From the NCBI GenBank assembly GCA_022709795.1, contig JAKLID010000002.1, positions 1 through 51,761 on the forward strand: DNA of 51,761 bases, given 5' to 3'. Below the pieces are notes generated by a model. The model did not search any database. It was not told the origin of the DNA and saw only the letters and a list, made by a program, of their open reading frames with translations. The translations under genes and the position numbers were made by a program. This document shows, piece by piece, positions 44,109 through 51,761 of this stretch; within the stretch, counting starts at the first letter, position 1, and each line of letters starts with the position of its first letter. This DNA comes from Patescibacteria group bacterium (GTDB lineage: Bacteria > Patescibacteriota > Patescibacteriia > UBA2196 > GWA2-42-15).

Positions 44109-44150
44109 AATTTTAAAGAAGTTATCAACATCCTTTCTTTTTTATAAAAT

Positions 44151-44630
44151 ATGAAAAAGAATCAAAGAGGTTTCACTTTAATTGAACTCTTGGTGGTCAT
44201 CGCCATCTTCGCCCTCATGGCCAATATCACCATGATCTCTCTTAATAATGCCAAGCGTGAATCGCGCGACACCAAGAGAATGTCTGATATCAATCAGCTC
44301 CGTTCCGCTCTCCAGCTTTATAGTATGGAAAAAATGACTTATCCTGATGGTGATGTCATCGCCCTGGGTGTGCCAGAGCGCGCCACTCTAGATAGTCGCG
44401 GCTGGGCTCCTAGTCCGCCCACTGCTCCTGTCTATATGCCGATCGTACCCCGCGACCCCAAGCAAGTGAATTTACCTGATAACCCCTGCAAGGACAATGC
44501 TGACAGTCCTTGCGATTACAGCTATACCTTTTTTTCCGCTGATAGCTATGTCATTTATTTCTATCTGGAAGACGACCTGAATAATATGGCCGCCGGCCTG
44601 CACCGCGCCACCAAAGACAATATTTATTAG
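44151..44630 (+). CDS. Orphan type IV pilin-like protein
   Basis: MKKNQRG|FTLIELLVVIAIFALMA prepilin motif with Glu5. Confidence 0.8.
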   Translation: MKKNQRGFTLIELLVVIAIFALMANITMISLNNAKRESRDTKRMSDINQLRSALQLYSMEKMTYPDGDVIALGVPERATLDSRGWAPSPPTAPVYMPIVPRDPKQVNLPDNPCKDNADSPCDYSYTFFSADSYVIYFYLEDDLNNMAAGLHRATKDNIY

Positions 44631-44645
44631 CCGATTATTATCTTC

Positions 44646-44673
44646 ACCCCTCTTACCAAAAGAGGGGTTTTTG
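44646..44673 (+). terminator. Intrinsic terminator after the orphan pilin
   Basis: cccctct-taccaaa-agagggg plus ttttt. Confidence 0.7.
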
Positions 44674-44680
44674 GTATAAT
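44672..44680 (+). promoter_or_regulatory. Extended -10 (TGgTATAAT) upstream of cassette 3 / ligA
   Basis: tggtataat overlaps the terminator T-run. Confidence 0.4.
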
Positions 44681-44701
44681 AAAGACAAGAAAATCAAGCT
44701 C

Positions 44702-44750
44702 CAAGATACAAGATACAATTTTCAAATAATATCCAATATTAAAATTACCA
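44702..44750. repeat. Left heptad arm of cassette 3
   Basis: caagata|caagata|caatttt|caaataa|tatccaa|tattaaa|attacca. Confidence 0.75.
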
Positions 44751-44760
44751 ATAGTTTGCT

Positions 44761-45123
44761 ATGGATTGCTTGCCTCCCCATTATGATCTGGAAGAAAGAA
44801 CTACTCATTTTGCCAAAAGGGTTGTTGGATTGTGTGTGGCTCTGCCCAAGAATGAAATTAATCGCCCGTTAATCAGCCAGGTAATTAGATCAGCTGGTTC
44901 AATAGGGGCTAACTACAGAGAGGCCAATGATGCGCTAGGAGACAAAGATTTTATTCATAGAATAAAAATTGCGCGTAAAGAGTGCAAAGAAACACTGCAT
45001 TGGCTGGAAATTGTAGAAGAGGCCAATCCAGTGCTTGTCATGAGGATGCAGAATTTAAAACAGGAAGCGGTAGAATTGAAAAATATTTTATCATCAATTA
45101 TTATCAAAAAGGGAAAGAAGTAG
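44761..45123 (+). CDS. Four-helix-bundle protein (23S rRNA IVS protein / Avd-like family)
   Basis: RSAGSIGANYREANDALGDKDFIHRIKIARKECKETLHWLEI is the family core motif. Confidence 0.85.
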   Translation: MDCLPPHYDLEERTTHFAKRVVGLCVALPKNEINRPLISQVIRSAGSIGANYREANDALGDKDFIHRIKIARKECKETLHWLEIVEEANPVLVMRMQNLKQEAVELKNILSSIIIKKGKK

Positions 45124-45156
45124 TGATTTAAAGTTGAAATTTACAATTTATCCTAG

Positions 45157-47244
<2,088 letters not shown>

Positions 47245-47304
47245 GGGTCACAGACCCCATAGAAATATTCCCAGCCGTCTTTGACGGCGTATCAAAAAAG
47301 AAAA

Positions 47305-47338
47305 AGCCCTTGTTCAATTTCCGAACAGGGCTTTTTTT
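47305..47338. terminator. Bidirectional intrinsic terminator (ligA / minus-strand tRNA cluster)
   Basis: agcccttgttc-aatttcc-gaacagggct with a flanking A-run and T-run. Confidence 0.7.
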
Positions 47339-47339
47339 G

Positions 47340-47409
47340 TGAAGACGGCAGGGATCGAACCTGCGACCTCCGGCTGGGGCCGGTGCTCTACCAACTGAGC
47401 TACGTCCGC
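47340..47409 (-). tRNA. tRNA-like gene with a shortened anticodon arm (Trp-like body, possible pseudogene)
   Basis: Good D arm (gctc-agttggta-gagc) and T arm (gcagg-ttcgatc-cctgc). The anticodon region ccgg-ccccag-ccgg is only 14 nt, not 17. The acceptor has a C-U mismatch and a G-U pair. Total length is 70 nt. Confidence 0.45.
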
Positions 47410-47555
47410 CATGGGGGTTTGGCGCCAGGTCACCCCCACTTTGCCATCTCCTAGTCCTAGAAGATGGTTTTAAATTTAGGTGCGATACTCCCTCCAGACC
47501 AGCCAGTCTCGGCTGTTAAATACCTCCGTGGAAATAGGAGTATCACACCGTTTTG

Positions 47556-47629
47556 AGCGGGCGACATGATTCGAACCTGCGACTGGGGACTTGGCAAGTC
47601 CCCATTCTAACCGCTGAATTTACGCCCGC
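47556..47629 (-). tRNA. tRNA-Gly (anticodon GCC)
   Basis: Acceptor gcgggcg/cgcccgc, discriminator U, anticodon arm gggac-ttGCCaa-gtccc. The T stem gcagg/catgt has one mismatch and one G-U. The D stem is irregular. Confidence 0.75.
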
Positions 47630-47650
47630 TTTTTTGTGTTAATTTTATAG

Positions 47651-47720
47651 TGAGGGCGACGGGACTCGAACCCGTGATAGACAACGTGTAAGATTGCCTA
47701 TTTATAACCTTTACGCCCTC
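47651..47720 (-). tRNA. tRNA-Val (anticodon UAC) with a reduced D arm
   Basis: Acceptor gagggcg/cgccctc, anticodon arm gcaat-ctTACac-gttgt, T arm acggg-ttcgagt-cccgt. Only 16 nt lie between the acceptor and the anticodon stem, with no obvious D stem. Total length is 70 nt. Confidence 0.65.
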
Positions 47721-47772
47721 GGTTTATTTTTGCTTCTCCTATCTTATAAATTTTGCTAACTTTTGTCAATCT

Positions 47773-47800
47773 TTGCCAAATCACCAAAAAATGCTAAAAT
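47773..47800 (+). promoter_or_regulatory. Sigma-70-type promoter upstream of gatC
   Basis: TTGCCA, a 16-nt spacer ending TGc, TAAAAT. Confidence 0.5.
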
Positions 47801-47848
47801 CATATTATCTTTATTCTTGTATTTTTATATTCTTGTTTTTTTATTTTT

Positions 47849-48139
47849 ATGTCCCTCGATATCCAACAAATTGACCATCTCGCTCATCTTGCCCGCCTGG
47901 ATCTGACCGCAGGGGAAAAAGAGTTGTATGCCAGCCAGCTGGCGGCTGTTTTTGATTATTTCCAAAAACTTCAAGCAGTTGACACTACCGGCCTGGAACC
48001 CATGAGCCAGGTGATTGAACTTCAAAATATTTTTTACGCTGATGACATTACTAGCCACCCGGAAGTCAGCCAGCAGAAAATCATTGACAACGCGCCAGCT
48101 CAATCTGGCCGTCATCTCAAAGTCAAAAAAATATTATGA
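47849..48139 (+). CDS. gatC: Asp/Glu-tRNA amidotransferase subunit C
   Basis: IDHLAHLARLDLT..E......L..V..Y...L..VDT. The stop overlaps the gatA start (ATGA). Confidence 0.9.
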   Translation: MSLDIQQIDHLAHLARLDLTAGEKELYASQLAAVFDYFQKLQAVDTTGLEPMSQVIELQNIFYADDITSHPEVSQQKIIDNAPAQSGRHLKVKKIL

Positions 48140-49575
48140 GTGATTTAAATAAATTAACCATCACCCAAGCGGCCGCTGGTTTGCGCGCCAAAGAGTTTAG
48201 CTCCGCTGAATTGACCCGCGCTTGCTTGGATCAGATTGAAGCCTCTGAACATCGTCTTCACGCTTTTATCAATGTTTTTCCCGAGGTTGCCTTGTCTGCC
48301 GCCGAGAAAATTGATGCCGCCCTCGCCAAAGGTGATGAATTATCACCACTCGCCGGTATTCCCTACGCGGCCAAAGACAATTTTTGTACGGAAAATTTAC
48401 TCACCACTGCCGGCTCCAGGATTTTGAAAGATTATCTCCCGCCTTATGAATCCACCACCACAGCCAGATTAAAGAGTGTTGGTGCAATTCTCGTCGGCAA
48501 GACCAATCTGGATGAATTTGCCATGGGCGGCTCCACTGAAAATTCTGCTTTTTATCCCACCAAAAATCCGCGCGACGAATCTCGCGTGCCTGGCGGCTCA
48601 TCTGGCGGTTCAGCCGCGGCAGTTGCTTCTGACGAAGTTATCTACGCGCTCGGTACTGATACTGGCGGCTCGGTTCGTCAGCCAGCTTCATTTTGCGGCG
48701 TGGTTGGTTTGAAACCCACCTATGGCCGCACCTCGCGCTATGGCGTGATGGCCATGGCCTCATCATTAGACACCATTAGTCATCTGACCAAAACAGTGGC
48801 CGATTCCGCCATTGTTCTCCAGACTATCGCCGGCCGCGACGACCATGATTCTACTACTGGCAATATTGCCCTGGACAATTATGCAGAGGAAATAAAAAAA
48901 CCAGTCACCGGTTTGCGCCTTGGCATGCCTCCGGAATATTTTGAAGCCGAGGGCATGGACCCCCAGGTGAAGGCAGTGATTCTCTCGGCGGTAAAAAAAG
49001 TTGAAGCCTTGACTGGCACCGCGGTTACCCCAGTCAAATTATCCGCGCCTGATTATGCCCTGGCTTGTTACTATCTGATTATGCCTTCAGAGGTTTCTTC
49101 CAATCTCTCGCGTTACGACGGGGTCAAATACGGTTTGTCCGTGCCCGGTTCGGATTTATTTGACACGTATCTCAAGAGTCGCGGCCAAGGGCTGGGCGCG
49201 GAAGTTAAAAGGCGGATAATTCTCGGCACATACGCTTTGTCACACGGCTATTATGATGCTTATTACAAAAAAGCCTGCGCCGTACGCTCCTTGATCAAAC
49301 GTGATTTTGAGCAAGCCTTTGAGCAAGTTGACCTTATTCTTTCCCCGGTTTCTCCGACCGTTGCTTTCAAAATAGGGGAGAAGTCCAATGACCCTTTGCA
49401 AATGTATCTTGCTGATATCTTTACTATTCCCATGAGTCTCGCTGGCGTGCCGGCTATTTCCGTGCCTTGTGGTGTTGTTGCTGGTCTGCCGGTTGGCTTG
49501 CAAATCATCGGCCGCTGGTTTGATGAAAAAACCGTCTTGCGCCTCGCCCATCATTTTGAGCAAAGTAAAAATTAA
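48136..49575 (+). CDS. gatA: Asp/Glu-tRNA amidotransferase subunit A
   Basis: Amidase signature GGSSGGSAAAVAS, GTDTGGSVRQPASFCG. Confidence 0.95.
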   Translation: MSDLNKLTITQAAAGLRAKEFSSAELTRACLDQIEASEHRLHAFINVFPEVALSAAEKIDAALAKGDELSPLAGIPYAAKDNFCTENLLTTAGSRILKDYLPPYESTTTARLKSVGAILVGKTNLDEFAMGGSTENSAFYPTKNPRDESRVPGGSSGGSAAAVASDEVIYALGTDTGGSVRQPASFCGVVGLKPTYGRTSRYGVMAMASSLDTISHLTKTVADSAIVLQTIAGRDDHDSTTGNIALDNYAEEIKKPVTGLRLGMPPEYFEAEGMDPQVKAVILSAVKKVEALTGTAVTPVKLSAPDYALACYYLIMPSEVSSNLSRYDGVKYGLSVPGSDLFDTYLKSRGQGLGAEVKRRIILGTYALSHGYYDAYYKKACAVRSLIKRDFEQAFEQVDLILSPVSPTVAFKIGEKSNDPLQMYLADIFTIPMSLAGVPAISVPCGVVAGLPVGLQIIGRWFDEKTVLRLAHHFEQSKN

Positions 49576-49596
49576 GCGATAAAATAAATTTGTGTT

Positions 49597-49704
49597 TTTA
49601 TCTGTTCTAATCCGTTCTGAATCTGCTATCATCTGTTGTTAATATCCAAAATTATTTAACAACAGATTTAAACAGACAGGAAACGGATGGCAACAGATAG
49701 CAAA
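49597..49704. repeat. Heptad-phased inverted-repeat spacer after gatA (empty stem)
   Basis: Left arm atctgtt|ctaatcc|gttctga|atctgct|atcatct|gttgtta. Right arm ttaacaacagatttaaacagacaggaaacggatggcaacagatagcaaa. Confidence 0.65.
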
Positions 49705-49753
49705 ATTTATTTTGGGTTTGAAAATTTAAAATTAAAAATTAAAAATTATTTTT

Positions 49754-50002
49754 ATGACCATCAAAATATACTCCACTCCGATCTGTCCTTATTGCCATAT
49801 GCTCAAAGATTATCTCAAGGGCAAAAATATTCCTTTTGAGGATATTAATGTCGCCACTGACGAGGCGGCTGCTGATGAAATGGTTGTCAAAAGCGGCCAG
49901 ATGGGCGTGCCAGTCACCATCATCACCACTGATGCTGGCGAGGAAAAGGTCATTGTTGGTTTTGATAAAAGCCAAATCAACCAGCTCTTAGGAATTAACT
50001 AA
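49754..50002 (+). CDS. Glutaredoxin-like protein (NrdH/YruB-type)
   Basis: IKIYSTPICPYCHMLKDYL, and a later GVPV motif. Confidence 0.85.
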   Translation: MTIKIYSTPICPYCHMLKDYLKGKNIPFEDINVATDEAAADEMVVKSGQMGVPVTIITTDAGEEKVIVGFDKSQINQLLGIN

Positions 50003-50008
50003 AAAATT

Positions 50009-50695
50009 ATGGACAACCTTACTCCCGTTGCCGCACCCCCCAAAAAAAATACTCACCAGACACTCTTTATATTTTTGTTTGGCCTAGTTTTGGGCATCGC
50101 TATTTTTTCCAGCTACCATTATTATCAGTTGGCCCATCGCATGGACAATCAAAATTATGAGTCCACAGAGCCCACTCCGGTTTTTTTTAATATCAGTGAG
50201 GAGGATCATATCTGGGGCGCCAAAGACGCCAAAGTCACTCTGGTAGTTTTCAGCGATCTGGCCTGCCCTTATTCCCGCGAATATTTTGCCAATCTACAGG
50301 AACTTATGAATACCCGCGCTGATCAGATGCGCATTGTCTGGCGTCATTTGCCAGTCAGCTTGAATAATGTCGCTTCTGTCTCTGCCGCCATCGCCGCCGA
50401 GTGCGCTGGTGAGCAGGGCAAATTTTTTGAATATATTGCCGAACTTTATCCCCATCAAGATCAATATGGCCCAGAGTTTTATGCCGCTAGCGCTAGCGAG
50501 CTGGGTTTGAATGTTGATAATTTTTCCGCCTGCGTTTCTAGCGGTAAATATGATACCAAGATCGAAGCTGATTATAATGAAGGTCTGGCCAAAAATATCG
50601 CTGGCACCCCAGCTAGCTTTTTGGACGGCCGTTATCTCCCCGGCGCTCTGCCCTTGAGCCAGCTGGAAGCCCTGATTGATCCGCTCATCAAATAA
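50009..50695 (+). CDS. DsbA-family thioredoxin-fold protein with CPYS (monothiol) active-site motif
   Basis: N-terminal TM. VVFSDLACPYSREYF stands where DsbA has CxxC (tgc cct tat tcc at 50264-50275). AAECAGEQGKFFEY is typical of the family. Confidence 0.8.
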   Translation: MDNLTPVAAPPKKNTHQTLFIFLFGLVLGIAIFSSYHYYQLAHRMDNQNYESTEPTPVFFNISEEDHIWGAKDAKVTLVVFSDLACPYSREYFANLQELMNTRADQMRIVWRHLPVSLNNVASVSAAIAAECAGEQGKFFEYIAELYPHQDQYGPEFYAASASELGLNVDNFSACVSSGKYDTKIEADYNEGLAKNIAGTPASFLDGRYLPGALPLSQLEALIDPLIK

Positions 50696-50711
50696 CTACG
50701 AATTTTTAGTT

Positions 50712-50800
50712 TTATAATTTTTAAATAAATTCTAATTTTTAATGTTTAAAAATTTAGATTTAAGTTTTATTTATAAAATTAAAAATTAAAAATTATTTTT
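50712..50800. repeat. Heptad-phased AT-rich inverted-repeat spacer (empty stem)
   Basis: ...tttaatg|tttaaaa|atttaga|tttaagt|tttattt|ataaaat|taaaaat|taaaaat|tattttt. The 26-mer aaaattaaaaattaaaaattattttt (50775-50800) is identical to 49728-49753. Confidence 0.6.
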
Positions 50801-50807
50801 GATTAAA

Positions 50808-51641
50808 ATGTCCTCTCCTATTTTATATGACTTTGGCCCGATTTCTATCCACTGGTACGGCTTTTTAATCTCACTTTCCATTATTATCGGTTATCTGCTC
50901 GGCCAAAAATTATTCCGTCGCTACCAGCTGCCAGGCCAATTGTTTTTTGACCTGGTTTTTTATCTGGTTATTTTTGGTTTGCTTGGCGGTCGCCTGTGGC
51001 ATGTTTTATCCGAGCTGTCCTACTATCAAAAATTTCCCCTAGCAATTTTCCAAATCTGGCAAGGCGGCCTGGCTATTCATGGCACCATTATCGCCGGCAT
51101 TGCGGTTTTGTATTTTTATTACCGTCGCCACCATCAGGCCCTGCATAATATTTCTTGGCAAATCCTCCTTGACATCTTCTCACCCCTGATCGTTCTCGGC
51201 CAGGCGATCGGCCGCTTTGGCAATTATTTCAATCAAGAGCTTTACGGCCAACCGACCAATTTACCCTGGGCTATTCCCATTGATGCCGCCCACCGCTTGC
51301 CCGGCTGGGAAAATTTTTCTTTTTTCCACCCGATATTTTTGTATGAAAGTTTGTGGTGCTTTTTGATTTTTATATTACTAATATTTCTGCACCGTCGCAG
51401 ATTATCCAATTCATACGAACCTACAACCCTACAACCCTACCAATCTGGTTTAATTTTTTTTCTTTATTTAATCTCATATTCCCTCGGCCGTTTCCTGATC
51501 GGTTTTCTGCGTATTGATCCCCAGGCCAGCTGGTTATCGTTAAGATTAGATCAGTGGGTGAGTGCCGTACTTATTTTAGCCAGCGCTGCTTATTGTATTT
51601 ACTTTTTCTACTGTCGCCAGCGTCTTGTAAAAAGTAATTAA
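50808..51641 (+). CDS. lgt: Prolipoprotein diacylglyceryl transferase
   Basis: IHWYGFLISLSII, GGRLWHV, GGLAIHG, GRFGNYFNQELYG. ATG 50808 is preferred to TTG 50799. Confidence 0.9.
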   Translation: MSSPILYDFGPISIHWYGFLISLSIIIGYLLGQKLFRRYQLPGQLFFDLVFYLVIFGLLGGRLWHVLSELSYYQKFPLAIFQIWQGGLAIHGTIIAGIAVLYFYYRRHHQALHNISWQILLDIFSPLIVLGQAIGRFGNYFNQELYGQPTNLPWAIPIDAAHRLPGWENFSFFHPIFLYESLWCFLIFILLIFLHRRRLSNSYEPTTLQPYQSGLIFFLYLISYSLGRFLIGFLRIDPQASWLSLRLDQWVSAVLILASAAYCIYFFYCRQRLVKSN

Positions 51642-51651
51642 ACATCTTTCC

Positions 51652-51700
51652 TTTCCCCTCCTCTTTGAGGAGGGGGTAGGGGGTGGTGGGAGACTTCCTC
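51652..51700. repeat. GC-rich palindromic element, copy D (left half seen, the rest diverged or cut by the window end)
   Basis: cccctcctc-ttt-gaggagggg (51655-51675) followed by ggggtggtgggagac. It starts 11 nt after the lgt stop. Confidence 0.6.
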
Positions 51701-51761
51701 TATGCGTTTAACTCACAATCTAAACAAGTTTAAACCACTTAGGAAAAAATTAAGGAACGAA

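Overview
This 51.8-kb window looks like it comes from an AT-leaning, small-genome, monoderm-type bacterium of the Candidate Phyla Radiation / Patescibacteria kind. That placement is an inference from gene content: a secretin-less type IV pilus locus, many small secreted or membrane-anchored hypotheticals, several four-helix-bundle 'IVS' proteins, gatCA, and no respiratory chain. There are about 55 credible CDS, mostly on the + strand. They include a papain-like peptidase (5' partial), htpX, lemA, and a complete pilus locus: pilM, pilN-like, pilO-like, pilB, a degenerate pilT-like gene, pilC, two major pilins, pilD and four minor pilins. Also present are typA, murB, maf, dnaG-rpoD, a block of secreted proteins (LRR, DUF333, a lipoprotein), an ECF sigma factor, and a MacAB-like efflux operon. 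The rest comprises a NOX/FRE-type flavocytochrome with a frameshifted cytochrome b5-like gene, an FKBP isomerase, a PspC-domain protein, a ZIP transporter, a large FN3/TSP3 surface protein, an orphan pilin, ligA, gatC-gatA, a glutaredoxin-like protein, a DsbA-like protein and lgt. RNA genes are tRNA-Ser(GGA), tRNA-Asn(GUU), and a minus-strand cluster of three tRNA(-like) genes with non-canonical arms. No rRNA, CRISPR array, transposase or integrase is visible. The most unusual signal is non-coding. Nearly every long intergenic spacer is built from in-phase heptanucleotide quasi-repeats arranged as complementary left and right arms. Five of these long stems carry a small gene in the loop (three four-helix-bundle / 23S-IVS-family proteins, one GxxExxY protein, one NDT-like protein), some inserted inside operons, and several equivalent stems are empty. 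A second, unrelated family of GC-rich palindromic elements (core CCCCTCCTC-N3-GAGGAGGGG plus GGTGGTGGGAG) sits directly after four stop codons. All functional calls come from motif recognition by eye. No database search was run.
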